A stretch of DNA of 63,692 nt, filler included, from Asterionella formosa (lineage: Eukaryota): assembly GCA_002256025.1 (NCBI GenBank). It is 20 parts of 20 records of this genome, joined end to end, with 100 filler letters (N's around TTAATTAATTAA, not from the genome) between each part and the next. Parts side by side here need not be neighbours in the genome. Positions count along the whole stretch, not along the records: positions 1 to 1,766 come from NKIB01001244.1; positions 1,867 to 3,632 come from NKIB01001245.1; positions 3,733 to 5,498 come from NKIB01001246.1; positions 5,599 to 7,363 come from NKIB01001247.1; positions 7,464 to 9,227 come from NKIB01001248.1; positions 9,328 to 11,092 come from NKIB01001249.1; positions 11,193 to 12,956 come from NKIB01001250.1; 13 more parts are not named here. The stretch is one strand, 5' to 3'. The notes beneath the pieces were generated by a model, which was not told the DNA's origin, searched no databases, and worked only from the letters and a program-made list of their open reading frames with translations. The position numbers and the translations under genes were made by a program. This document shows, piece after piece, positions 1-13,056 of this stretch (its first letter is position 1; each line of letters begins with the position of its first letter).

Positions 1-1075
1 GGTTGAAGTGGTAGAATGAAGGGGATGCCCAATGGTGGTAGGAGTTGGTACCCGGTACCTGGCATCAGCGTACCAGGTACTATGTACCGATACTGATAAG
101 AATTGCTATAGCAATAAACCCGCAACCAGTATGTGGGTTTGTGATGCTGAAGAGGAACACGACCGAAATCATTCATATCGATATGTACATCGTGAAATGC
201 GAACATAATTTTATGATACATAGATATAAAGGAAATGAATATACCGGCAAGTTGCGGTAGTTGTCCTGAAGCTAAAAAGTTAGCTTTCTTTATCCAAGAT
301 TAAATTATTTATTTAAGTAAAATGACCTTCAACTTGCGTATACCGGTATTTACTACAATACTCCTACTAAATATTATCAACAGTAAGTATCATAAGGTCG
401 TCTGTAGAGCTATGATATACCTCTATGAATATACCGGTATATTAAACGATTTATCACTTGTGTTTCGAGCAAAGGAGAACAAATGAATCTACGGTTTTTA
501 GTGGTATGTATGTCTACCGCTACCAGGGTACAGTATGATCATATTTCCACCATTCATAATAAATGACTTGTACTGTAACTCGGAACCAGGTGCCTGGTAC
601 TGAAACCGGTCATACTACGCTGTACAACCACTCAAAAAGAGTAAGATAGTACACAACCGGTATTGCCGGTAAATGTAATTTGTGTACATCTGGCGCAACA
701 TCGCCAAATTTTTATATGCTCACAAGAAAATACCCACATCAAGGTGGTTCCTGCATTAACCCCTAGCCCGAACGACACAGGGTTAAAAACATAACATTGA
801 TTCAGACTAATCAAACAACCTACTTTTCAAATGCACAATACAATTCATTCTCCTGCACCCCCAATGTTCACTGCCATGACTGAATTTGACTGATTTTACG
901 TAAGGGGGGAGGCCAGGACAATGAAGAGATTTATATTATATTAGACCTATGTAAATTTCATCGGTTCTACAGGATGGTGCGCATTTTTCTAATTAGTAAT
1001 AATATGATCATTATCTCTATAAAGTGAAAAATGAGAAAGTTCTTCAGCTTGCAAGAAAAACGCGACTTCTTATTG

Positions 1076-1207
1076 CTACATCTAAGCCGCGTATTATGTG
1101 AAGTGACCATCACGTAAATAAGCCTAGTTGATTTTGAATGGATCACATGAATTAGTTGAATACATCAAAATGCTTACTTGAATATATCTATATATAATCT
1201 GAATACA
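1076..1207 (+). repeat. Dispersed repeat end beginning CTACATCTAAGCCGCG (probable DNA-transposon terminus)
   Basis: Near-identical to the reverse complement of 50778-50909. Similarity stops at CTAC in both copies, with unrelated flanks. Confidence 0.7.
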
Positions 1208-1274
1208 TCACGTTAATTATTTGATCAGAGTATCATGCATGCATTCCTGATCATCACTATATTACGTGATCACC

Positions 1275-1432
1275 TTCACATAATTATTTGAAATACTTCA
1301 CATTATTATTTGAAATACTTCACATAATTATTTGAAATACTTCACATAATTATTTGAAATACTTCACATAATTATTTGAAATACTTCGCATAATTAATTG
1401 AAATACTTCACATAATTATTTGAAATACTTCA
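1275..1432 (+). repeat. 22-bp tandem repeat TTCACATAATTATTTGAAATAC, 7 full units
   Basis: Head-to-tail units with no spacers, ~200 bp inside the 1076 terminus. Confidence 0.95.
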
Positions 1433-1766
1433 ATTAATTCTGTAATTCAGTTCACATTGCCTTAAATTTTTGTTCACGTAATTCTATAATATGGTTCACG
1501 TAATTTATTAAATTTTTTTACGTATTTTATAAGTACTATCAAATAATGTTGATTACTAATTCAACAACCGGTATTTCACATTACATGGGAAACAAATCTC
1601 GATATGCAATCAAACAAAGCTGTTCTATCAGAATGGAATCTTCAGTCTTGAGAAGGCAGGCATTATGAGACATCTGTAAGGACATTGCAAGACAAGGAGA
1701 AGCCATTCATTCAGAAGGGGGAAATTATTCACTCTTGAACAGGCATCATTCTACGAAGTTGCAACA

Positions 1767-1866
1767 NNNNNNNNNNNNNNNNNNNNNNNNNNNNNNNNNN
1801 NNNNNNNNNNTTAATTAATTAANNNNNNNNNNNNNNNNNNNNNNNNNNNNNNNNNNNNNNNNNNNN
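1767..1866. other. Artificial contig linker (first of 19)
   Basis: N44-TTAATTAATTAA-N44 (stops in all six frames), repeated at 1767, 3633, 5499, 7364, 9228, 11093, 12957, 41367, 43230, 45093, 46956, 48817, 50678, 52535, 54395, 56255, 58115, 59974 and 61832. Adjacency across linkers has no biological meaning. Confidence 0.98.
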
Positions 1867-2450
1867 TACTACTGCAGAGTGCATTCTTGCCATCCAAAAA
1901 GATCAAGAAGCTATCATCATGGCTCCCCAAAACCTGTTTTTAAAAGTGACCAATCTCTTGCTGTCTTGGTGATGGCCTGGAAACAATTAATATGTTCAAC
2001 AATCTGGATTGAATTGACATTAATACATTCAAAGTGCAAAGATTAGACAGATAGATAACCATTGAATTGGTATAAGCAGATCTTGAGAATCTTGAATGGT
2101 CACCATTTAAATATCTATTTTTAAAAAATGCACAATTTTGGTCATCACAATGCATGGCCATTGCAATGGCCATCCATCAATAACATTCTCCTATCATTGT
2201 TCCTTACTGTGATTTTGTGGATTGCTCGTTCACTGCTGGATCAAGAATTGTAGCATTTGGACTTATAGAATGAGTTGATGGTTCCTCGAGGAGGGCTCTC
2301 ATTCCAAGATAGTTTTGAGCGATTTTAACATTGGTTGTCAAGGAAGCACCAGCAAACTTCTTGAAATTACAAAGCAAAATGTACTGGACATTTGGTCTGA
2401 GAAGGAGGAATGAACCATGACAAGTTTGATGAACCTCAAAACTGTTAGGG
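1867..2450 (-). mobile_element. Possible degenerate copia 5' region (LTR end, PBS-like motif, gag start)
   Basis: Minus strand reads ..CCCTAACA|GTTTTGAGG.. at 2450-2434, resembling an LTR end plus PBS. Downstream decayed reading IGHF*KQVLGSHDDSF is only loosely gag-like. Confidence 0.25.
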
Positions 2451-2840
2451 TAGATATTAATGATAGAATATAACTAATAACATACATTAGTAAATGGAAA
2501 GGATTGGTAAGTTCAATTATGTAACACCATTATGAATCATTTGTGGTTGAGAACAAGTATTCTCATTGCTTTAGTCTACCTTTGTGTACTTTGCAACAAG
2601 TATACCAAAGCATGTATGGCCAATAGTGGAGACCAAACAAGGCAGTGCAATGCATTCGAGATTCAAGGCCGTTGCTAACCGTTGACCCAAAACAAAATCC
2701 AAAGACTTATTTTTGGATTGGTTTTGGTTTTGGTCAGACTGACGTAAAAATGATACTATCGGTTTTTGGGAAATCCTAAATGTTGTCAACCACCCATCTA
2801 CTGTGATGTAGGATGACAAAACCATTATAAAAAATGTAAA

Positions 2841-2999
2841 ATATTTCTATTAGACTACTTTTATAAATGAATTATTATGATTCCTATTCTGGAATCAGTT
2901 AGTTTTTCCCGCAATTTGAAAACATTTCATTAGACTACTTTTATAAATGAAATATTATGATTCCTATTTGGGAATCAGTTAGTTTTTCCCGCAATTTGA
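2841..2999 (+). repeat. Tandem duplication, period 80 bp
   Basis: ATTAGACTACTTTTATAAATGA...CCCGCAATTTGA starts at 2849 and again at 2929. Confidence 0.9.
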
Positions 3000-4108
3000 T
3001 CGATGCTGCTGTCTTGTCATCCAACTACCAGTACTACACACTGGTATATGCTATTGTGTCGGTTTGACGACATGTTGATTGTGGTGAAATCAGCAATTAT
3101 TTGTTGTTGTTGCTGCTGCTGTTGTTGTTGTTCTCACCAGTGTGGTACCAGGTACCAGAGTACCGTATAGCTATTGTTGCATATTTATATACATATGATA
3201 TATATGAAGCGTCCTATATGTTGTAGTGATTCTATGACAATAATAATTGGGTTTCTATTAACTACATTCAAAGTAGTCAATATGGAATCCTATATTTAGG
3301 TAACTTTGGAAAAAATGCCTAAATCTAATGCATTTGGGTAATTTGTTGGGATATGGGCACGGAATCCCCTAAATGTAATGCGTTTGCATTGCGTTTTTCA
3401 CTCCCGATAGCATCATTTTTTAGGGTTGCCATAACCAAAACATTGTTTGGTTGGCGTTTTAAAGGCCTAATTGCCTTTCTTTTTTCCTTCCTCCAAAGAT
3501 GTTTACAAACAGAAATTATAGTGGTACATCAAATATGTTGAGCACACTCAATATCAGAAAAAAATTGCATACATGGGGGGGGGGGGTAAATTTTTTTGTT
3601 TCAACAAACAAAGGAGGACCCACATTCCCAAANNNNNNNNNNNNNNNNNNNNNNNNNNNNNNNNNNNNNNNNNNNNTTAATTAATTAANNNNNNNNNNNN
3701 NNNNNNNNNNNNNNNNNNNNNNNNNNNNNNNNGACAAAGGTGAGCCGTGGCAAACTGTAGACCGACCATATGGTTTCGCAATATTTAATGACAAGGACAA
3801 AGAAAAGTTCATGCCGACAAGATTCTACAACACACCGGTACTTACTGACATGTATGTATGCGCATCCATCAGGTACCAGGTACCTGGTACCTCGTACCGG
3901 TTTTAGTACATACTCCATAATATCATAGTAAGTCATAACTATCGTCCAGTATAATTCTCTATTTATCTACCGGTGTACATCAATGCTCTATGTCAGGTGC
4001 GAATCAGGTACCTGGTACCAGGGGACCAGGTACCGGTACATCCAATGCATCACATACCGACCTCAAGCTAAGTACGGTATGAACCATCAGAATCCGTCAT
4101 CCGTTTTA

Positions 4109-4286
4109 CACTGTAAAAAAGTATTGAATGCAGGGAGTCATTATTAGGTTTTCCCGCACCTAAAATTCCAAAAACTGAAAAGGAAGTTTAACTTCGTCTG
4201 TAGCCTTGTACCAACATTTGTCTGTAGGACAAGAAGATATTCTCAATCATTTCCTGAATTTTAGGTGCGGAATAACCTAAAATGAC
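4109..4286 (+). mobile_element. Putative CACTA/EnSpm-type terminus (CACTGTAAAAAA) with subterminal inverted repeat
   Basis: CACTGTAAAAAA at 4109. Imperfect ~31-bp inverted repeat at 4137-4168 / 4256-4286 (core CCGCACCTAAAATTC). Partner end not in the contig. Confidence 0.45.
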
Positions 4287-5598
4287 CCTCAGGGGCAATT
4301 AATTTAACCTAAAATTCCCCACCTTCTCAGTAATTTTTAGGCTCTGAGTAATTTCTTAAGTAATGTTTTTAAGGGCAATATGGGGCACATCGAATTTTTC
4401 GGCAATAAAATTGCTGATTTTAGCATGACCACCAGAATAATGGTAATATGCATAGAGATGTTACAACAAGCGTACTAAAACACACTAGTAGAATGATTGC
4501 AACAACATGCAACATCAATGAAAATTGAACATGATGTTTGGAGCAACCAAAGTATGAAATGCGATGTAATATAATAAGTAGCATCAAATGAGAAATAGAA
4601 AAAAATTTGGGTTAGAAATGAAATAAAAAATAAGAGTTCCAATGGAGATGTATGCATTGTGAATCATTGTAGTACTTACACAGGCAACATTGACTTTCCA
4701 TCACCACACAACAATCAACAACCGAAAGAAGAAGAAAAAAAGCTGAACCCAATGTAGACCTGCATCGTTATGTAGCGTGAATGGTCTGGTTTCTGCAACC
4801 ATTCGCATCGCTGTAGTAGCCTGACACCAGTAGCAGTATTTCCGCCACAGTCATTCCTCTCCGCTGCCCACCAAACAAGCAACCCTGATCATTCCATTCT
4901 GCGCAAGCGTGATCGCCACGCTGCTCCAGAACTATTGACTCTCTCTAGCTGAGTATTCGTCATGTAGCTTCTGATACGATGTTGTAGTAGAAATGTAGCA
5001 AAGCGCGTTAGTACAAGAAAAGCATTGCTTGGCGGCAATATTGACATCATTGTCAACGACTATACAAATCAACAAATACGATCAAGCAACAACGGCACAA
5101 TACCACATCTTCAATGAGTAGTCATTGATGAATGCATTGGTTCTTATGTAGATATGTACAATCGAAAGAAAACAACAGTGCGTAACGACAAACAACGATG
5201 GAAGCGATCAAAACAAACCACGGAAGCAATCAAATCGGAAAGTCGGCCCGATAAATACGATCTACAATCCACATTCAGTATTTCACTGTTGTACTCACCG
5301 ATCCGCTTCAACTAGCATAACAAGCAGCAGACGATGGGATAAAAGAAAGACGAACGTTGCCTATTGCAAGCCCGAATAGAGCAAAGGCAGGCAAGATAGA
5401 GTGAGAACTATATTTGTGAGGACGAAATCGGGCATATGGTACGTAAAATCAATGAATATGTGAAGGATATAATTCAACATTTCAGGTCTCGTAAAAATNN
5501 NNNNNNNNNNNNNNNNNNNNNNNNNNNNNNNNNNNNNNNNNNTTAATTAATTAANNNNNNNNNNNNNNNNNNNNNNNNNNNNNNNNNNNNNNNNNNNN

Positions 5599-5839
5599 TA
5601 ATAATTTTGATAAATGCCCTTGTAATTTAAATAGTAACCCTTTTGACTACATATATTAAATTTTTATATCTATTGTTTCTTGTTTTCATTGGTATAGAGT
5701 TCTTGTATTCACTGTTGAACTTGTCCGCATCTTTGTGATCATCAATAGAGCGACAAGTGGGTCTCTTCATTGTTGTTTGCTTCTGGAAAAGTCGGTGTCC
5801 GTGTCATCCTCATTGCTTTTACTGTTTACATTAGAAGAC

Positions 5840-5874
<35 letters not shown>

Positions 5875-7363
5875 GTAACATAATTATGATTGATTGTTTT
5901 ATTTTCTATGATGTATTGATAACACTTGTGTACAGCCATATATTATCGCATTATAGTATCATTGTATCATTTTAAAATGATCATATTTTGATCAAAACTA
6001 TATCATAAACATTTTAAGAAGATGCATGAAGACAGAGATGTGATGCTGGCTAAGGCACTTGATGCATCCAGGGATGATGCAGTACTTATAGGCAAGGTTT
6101 TGGGTTCCCTCTTCGAAAGCAATCTTTCCTTCTTTTGAATCTCTGCCACTACTATTGTTATCGGCATACTTCATCATTTTTCTGGAGTAAGTTTCTTTCT
6201 TTTCTTTTCCGAAAACATAAAGTCGTCTAGTGTAAACGACGGAAGTAAGTCACGTTTCTTTTTTAATCTTTTCCATGAAATCCATTAAAAGCATGAAGTT
6301 CCATTTGGAAAGTTGTCAAAGGGCCAGAATACTATGATGTAAAACAGTGGAAGGGAAATGCGGAGCTTCTTGCGGCGCTTGTGGAGATGCAACTGGTGTG
6401 ATGGTAACCGAGTGTAGTAATTGTTGAACAGAGCACAGTGTAATATGCATGTTCCGCCAGTGTAGTGTTTACACAATACATATATAATAACAAGGAAAAA
6501 CGACACAACAATGCACGTGATGGCTGGCTGTGGAAGATACCGTTATGTGATATGCATCAATCTATATCACAATTCATATTATGGTGATGTGCATATCAAT
6601 GCATCCGCATACTTAGATCATATCCACCATATAATACTATCATATTAACTTTTGGCTTTTACTGTATATATATAAAATCGAATATTTTTTTATCAAGTAT
6701 ACTTTATGATTAATTGATCTTTCTTTTATGACGTATTGATAACACTTGTGTACAGCCATAATTTATCGTATTATAGTATCATTGTATCATTTTAACATGA
6801 TCATATTTTGATCAAAACTATATCATAAACATTTTAATAAATCATCACAGTTCTATGATCAATGCATCTTAGCTATGTGATATTATTTATTCAAATTTCA
6901 TATCATATCGAAGTAACCCTATTGTAATATCACATTATCATCTTATCGATCATTCAATGTTGATTGGGAACTGTATTCTACATCGTACTATGGAGTATGA
7001 TATTATAACACGCACTTTAGTAGCTAAGTAACTTCTGTAATGTACACAAGTCGACAGTGTACATACGCACACACTAATCATCATGTTTGAGGCAACGGAC
7101 AGTTCCAACGAGCAAGTGACGATATGGGTACCAATTTTTCCAGCAGCAAACCGCAATGATGAAGGACACTTGTCCCTCTATTGATGATGACACGGAAACC
7201 GATTTTTCCAGGAGCAAATAACAATGATGAGAGCCACTTGTCGCTCTATTGATGGCAACAAAGATTTGGACGAGTTCAACAATGAATACAAGAACAACAT
7301 CCCAAATGCGGAAACGAGCGATAGGAAAAAGAAATTGTAATCAGAATCATTCTATAAGAACTA
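5599..7363. mobile_element. Rearranged fragments of the right arm of the Plavaka-type element family
   Basis: 5599-5670 is the reverse complement of ~32630-32695. ~6110-7270 matches ~31295-32300 (for example the shared LHCALFNNYYTRLP reading). ~5880-6015 duplicates ~6700-6840. Confidence 0.85.
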
Positions 7364-7463
7364 NNNNNNNNNNNNNNNNNNNNNNNNNNNNNNNNNNNNN
7401 NNNNNNNTTAATTAATTAANNNNNNNNNNNNNNNNNNNNNNNNNNNNNNNNNNNNNNNNNNNN

Positions 7464-9227
7464 TTGAATAAAACTTACCGGTACATTTTTGTCATCTTAA
7501 CTTTGAGAGAAGGTAAACGTTTTGTCAGCTTTGTTCCAACAGAAGTGAATAGGTCCAACGAGCGACAAGAGCACTTACGCAATTTGGTTTGGTTTTACAT
7601 TGGTGCTCCCCAACAAGCGAAACGAGCTGTTTAATCAACTGAGAAAAAAGGAAATGTGGCTGCGTTTAGTTAACAATTTGTTGTTGTCCTGCCTCCCAAC
7701 GATTGTCATCCAAGTAGCTACCACATTGATGGCTTCATTACCTTAAACATTCTCCATCCTTCGAATGCGCAATGTGTCGAAGTCACAATGTTTTTCGTTA
7801 TGTATTGTGAAAATTTTCTTTTCTTGTCATGTGCTTTACTACGACGTATCTTTTCATGAAGCAGCAGGCATTGTTTGTTAACATGACAGAACGATTTGAA
7901 AAATATATTGGCCATGATTATAGTAATAAAATTTGTAAACATATATATATATATATAGCGTTATACATTTTATAAAATTCAAAGGCGCTCTCGATATGGA
8001 ACATCTGATATGGTTGAGATGGCCATACTCGCATATACATAATTCGAAAATACTCAATGCACTATATGTCCATTGTTTTCCACGACTACCGGTACATGTA
8101 CCGGTATTATCTCTGAAATTTGTTTGCATCGATATTTTCTACGTCCGTTGAAACTAATTATTTAGACCATTCAAATGCCGCAAGGGTTTTGGTAGCAAAT
8201 TGTTTAAGCCCCTTTTTGGGCGGGAGCTCTTCATGTGTACCGGTACATCATATGACAATAACAATGTTTCATTTATACATACAGGGTTCCAGTAGCAGGT
8301 AGTAAGTGATATACTGGGGGTAGTCGGAGTAGTAAACTAGCAACAGAACACCATATGTTCAGGACTGTTGCTACTGCAGTGGGACAGTAAATCATCATAG
8401 TTTTAGGATTGTATGATCGTAAAATTAGCCAGGCTGACGAGTTACTACCGGTACCAGGTAGTACGTCTACATCTTTTATCATCACCTTTAAGTAGCACCT
8501 ACGGTTATGGTGGTACTATGTTTTTCCCTATTATTTTCTGTCGCAGCTCTGTAGAGTCTGCCATGTACAGTTATAGTGGTACTATGTTTTTCCCTATTAT
8601 TTTCTGTCGCAGCTCTGTAGAGAGGCTGTGAACTTTCACAGCGCTGCCCCCCCCCTCTATTACCGGTATACCGGAAAAATTTGGTGCATCACCCATTATC
8701 GTGCGTTGCAACGGCCCACGACAGGGTGGCTGTGGTTATGGAGCAGGGGGTAGAACGCCACAACATGACGAAGTGCCAAGGATCATGAATGGGAAGAAAA
8801 CTTTGCTGCATTCTGGTGGTACCATTGGACTTGGGAAGCAGCGAGGAAGGTTGTATCCCGCCGTATCAAACGGTTTCGAATAAGAGGAGTTGGAACAAAG
8901 AGACGTGACAAGAACTGACCTGACACTTCTGTCCGACTTGGTCGATGGATGTCTCCCGCCTATTTGTGACTTCCTGCGCAACACAACAAAACTTGCCACA
9001 ACGACGAATCAAACGGTTTCGAATATGAGGAGTGGTTGGAACGAAGAGACTTGTCATATACATGACACTTCTGTCCGACTTGGTCGATGGAGCAAAAGAA
9101 ACGACACCAGCGTCCGGTTATTTGCAAATGGCTGTACTTGATTAAAAACAAATAACCATTTTGTTAGTAACTATTTATGAGTAAAAAAAATTCTTACTTC
9201 CATCTTTCCCCATAGGAATCAAGCAAA
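7464..9227. repeat. Repeat contig; ~7464-8420 is homologous to ~23570-24620 of the Plavaka-type element
   Basis: Direct sequence similarity. Also has a duplication of period 66 bp (~8500-8622), an 8-bp-stem hairpin GCTGTGAA-CT-TTCACAGC (8625-8642) and an internal duplication (~8866-8950 / ~9009-9090). Confidence 0.85.
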
Positions 9228-9327
9228 NNNNNNNNNNNNNNNNNNNNNNNNNNNNNNNNNNNNNNNNNNNNTTAATTAATTAANNNNNNNNNNNNNNNNN
9301 NNNNNNNNNNNNNNNNNNNNNNNNNNN

Positions 9328-11092
9328 TTTGCTTGATTCCTATGGGGAAAGATGGAAGTAAGAATTTTTTTTACTCATAAATAGTTACTAACAAAATGGT
9401 TATTTGTTTTTAATCAAGTACAGCCATTTGCAAATAACCGGACGCTGGTGTCGTTTCTTTTGCTCCATCGACCAAGTCGGACAGAAGTGTCATGTATATG
9501 ACAAGTCTCTTCGTTCCAACCACTCCTCATATTCGAAACCGTTTGACTCGTCGTTGTGGCAAGTTTTGTTGTGTTGCGCAGGAAGTCACAAATAGGCGGG
9601 AGACATCCATCGACCAAGTCGGACAGAAGTGTCAGGTCAGTTCTTGTCACGTCTCTTTGTTCCAACTCCTCTTATTCGAAACCGTTTGATACGGCGGGAT
9701 ACAACCTTCCTCGCTGCTTCCCAAGTCCAATGGTACCACCAGAATGTAGCGAAGCTTTCTTCCCATTCATGATCCTTGGGACTTCGTCATGTTGTGGCGT
9801 TCTACCCCCTGCTCCATAACCACAGCCACCCTGTCGTGGGCCGTTGCAACGCACGATAATGGGTGATGCACCAAATTTTTCCGGTATACCGGTAATAGAG
9901 GGGGGGGGCAGCGCTGTGAAAGTTCACAGCCTCTCTACAGAGCTGCGACAGAAAATAATAGGGAAAAACATAGTACCACTATAACTGTACATGGCAGACT
10001 CTACAGAGCTGCGACAGAAAATAATAGGGAAAAACATAGTACCACCATAACCGTAGGTGCTACTTAAAGGTGATGATAAAAGATGTAGACGTACTACCTG
10101 GTACCGGTAGTAACTCGTCAGCCTGGCTAATTTTACGATCATACAATCCTAAAACTATGATGATTTACTGTCCCACTGCAGTAGCAACAGTCCTGAACAT
10201 ATGGTGTTCTGTTGCTAGTTTACTACTCCGACTACCCCCAGTATATCACTTACTACCTGCTACTGGAACCCTGTATGTATAAATGAAACATTGTTATTGT
10301 CATATGATGTACCGGTACACATGAAGAGCTCCCGCCCAAAAAAGGGGCTTAAACAATTTGCTACCAAAACCCTTGCGGCATTTGTATGGTCTAAATAATT
10401 AGTTTCAACGGACGTAGAAAATATCGATGCAAACAAATTTCAGAGATAATACCGGTACATGTACCGGTAGTCGTGGAAAACAATGGACATATAGTGCATT
10501 GAGTATTTTCGAATTATGTATATGCGAGTATGGCCATCTCAACCATATCAGATGTTCCATATCGAGAGCGCCTTTGAATTTTATAAAATGTATAACGCTA
10601 TATATATATATATATGTTTACAAATTTTATTACTATAATCATGGCCAATATATTTTTCAAATCGTTCTGTCATGTTAACAAACAATGCCTGCTGCTTCAT
10701 GAAAAGATACGTCGTAGTAAAGCACATGACAAGAAAAGAAAATTTTCACAATACATAACGAAAAACATTGTGACTTCGACACATTGCGCATTCGAAGGAT
10801 GGAGAATGTTTAAGGTAATGAAGCCATCAATGTGGTAGCTACTTGGATGACAATCGTTGGGAGGCAGGACAACAACAAATTGTTAACTAAACGCAGCCAC
10901 ATTTCCTTTTTTCTCAGTTGATTAAACAGCTCGTTTCGCTTGTTGGGGAGCACCAATGTAAAACCAAACCAAATTGCGTAAGTGCTCTTGTCGCTCGTTG
11001 GACCTATTCACTTCTGTTGGAACAAAGCTGACAAAACGTTTACCTTCTCTCAAAGTTAAGATGACAAAAATGTACCGGTAAGTTTTATTCAA
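9328..11092. repeat. Near-identical reverse-complement copy of contig 7464-9227 (allele or paralog)
   Basis: Same end points and mirrored ORF sets. Differs by a few SNPs and one homopolymer indel (T5 vs A6). Confidence 0.95.
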
Positions 11093-12129
11093 NNNNNNNN
11101 NNNNNNNNNNNNNNNNNNNNNNNNNNNNNNNNNNNNTTAATTAATTAANNNNNNNNNNNNNNNNNNNNNNNNNNNNNNNNNNNNNNNNNNNNGCAGCTAT
11201 GGATGTGAAAGTGTCAAATCTGTTTGTAAAACATTGTTTTGAATTGTGCATCTATAAATTACATGAAAAAATCGCATGTGGTGACTTCAATTTTTGTGAT
11301 TGCTTTGCAATTTTATTTTGGATGTTGTGTTTGATATACGTATCAAATAGGAAACTGTTGTTCTCAATTTTTGTGGAGATTTTTGCTATTTTCATCATGG
11401 TCAAGACTGCAACAATAGCCATGATGCAGGATCCTCCAGCTGCTCACAACCAGCCCACTACACTGCATGTAGCATTTATGTATACAAAAAATGCATTATT
11501 TTAGTAATTATATAGGAGTGGCAACGGGGTATGCCTCCTGCTTTACTCTGATGATACTCCCAGTCATTGTTCATAGTTACTCCTTCTGTTCATGCATAAT
11601 TGCAACATAATCAGCGATTTACCCAGCTTGATCCACATCCTCTTATCAAGCCTTCTCTAGAAGCAATACGCATTTTCTACAATGCAGTAGAAAGGTACGT
11701 CGGTTAGATTAGTACATTTGTTCGAGTATAGCGCTAAATAGCGATAGCTTACTTTGGATCGATCAGGGTGGGCTGTTGAAATTACTTGAATTTCGCTAGC
11801 CAGCATAGTGGTTTTTCTCTACATGGAGTGGTATGTGATAATCAAGTTTCTTTATCCAATACTTTTAATTCTATTTCATCAGTTATCGATCATATAAAAA
11901 TTAAAATCCAATTCAAAACGTAGAAACAAACAAAGTACATGTAGAGAAATAAATCATTCTACTCAATTCGCTATGGTGGGGATGGCAATTGGATTCATTG
12001 CAGACGATGTTGGCTGCCAAAACCCTGCAATAAAGTGAAATCAAACGCAAACTATAGTATAGTTTTCAAAAAATTCCATCCATAATGCGCTCGTCCATGA
12101 ATTGATTCGCGAAATTCGATTGCCTGTTC

Positions 12130-12670
12130 CAATACCTCTAATTGAATAGGTAAAAATCACTGTCTCTGCAATGCTTCTTGTCCCATAAGTGAAATCTTTT
12201 AATCATTGCCGCCATAACACATTAATCTTTTTCAAAGAGTTCTGCAATGTAATGAACACCGAATTCAATTTCCTTGGACAGAACAAACCATAAGCCCCTT
12301 TAACAGCCTCAATCAACAAGTCAACATCATCCCTAGCTAGATTTTTCAACTGACAATCCTGTAAAGCAAGAAAAAAGGCCCATCATTCACATTCAGATCA
12401 GGATAATTCAGCGGTTGCAGTGGTGCTAGATTAATAGTCCATCCTATCACACTTTCTGCTTCTATAAAAATTGGATATTCCGCCAGTCTCAATACAAGGC
12501 GACGCATTTTCGTGTTGAAGGAATACAGTTCTGAATTAAATTGTTCCATCTTCCAGCCAATTCGCATATATCGCTGAAGTTACCATGTTCATAATACATA
12601 ATCTGCATTAATTTCTTTTGTTACATTCACCAGCTTTGTCTCTCTAAAACCCTGTCTCTATTGACCGTCC
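12130..12670 (-). pseudogene. Decayed Tc1/mariner (DD39D-like) transposase C-terminal half
   Basis: Across frameshifts: ETKLVNVTKE..SAIYANW..VFLQHENASP..WTINLAPLQPLNYPDLNVND..LLIEAVKGAY..VFITLQ..YGGND. Matches the QQDNA..QPPNSPDLNVLD..FLTLQ..GGN pattern of plant/stramenopile mariners. Confidence 0.7.
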
Positions 12671-13056
12671 GTTTCATCATTGCTATCAAGGTTCCTTGTG
12701 ATGTTGCGTAGCAAGAAATCGACGATGAGTTGACACTGTTCTCGTGGCAAGTCCTTCTTCTTTTTCATATTGGCTGGCTAGAGATGGGTCCAAGAAAGAG
12801 GGGAGGGGGGCGGAGAAAACATTCCTGAGGGGGCACGATTCCACAAAAAGCAAGCCAAAAATTGAGTTCAGTTTCACCTAGCTATTTCTAGAATACTTAG
12901 AACGTCATTCGATTCTGAATATTTGTTGAATTAGGGGGGGGGGGATTTTTGCCGGANNNNNNNNNNNNNNNNNNNNNNNNNNNNNNNNNNNNNNNNNNNN
13001 TTAATTAATTAANNNNNNNNNNNNNNNNNNNNNNNNNNNNNNNNNNNNNNNNNNNN

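Noticed and set aside
1275..1432. CRISPR array
   Set aside because: No spacers, no cas genes, eukaryotic context.
1811..1822. TTAATTAATTAA as a biological motif
   Set aside because: It is the six-frame stop linker embedded in Ns.
7464..11092. Apparent 3.6-kb palindrome
   Set aside because: Its centre is an artificial linker; these are two separate contigs in opposite orientation.
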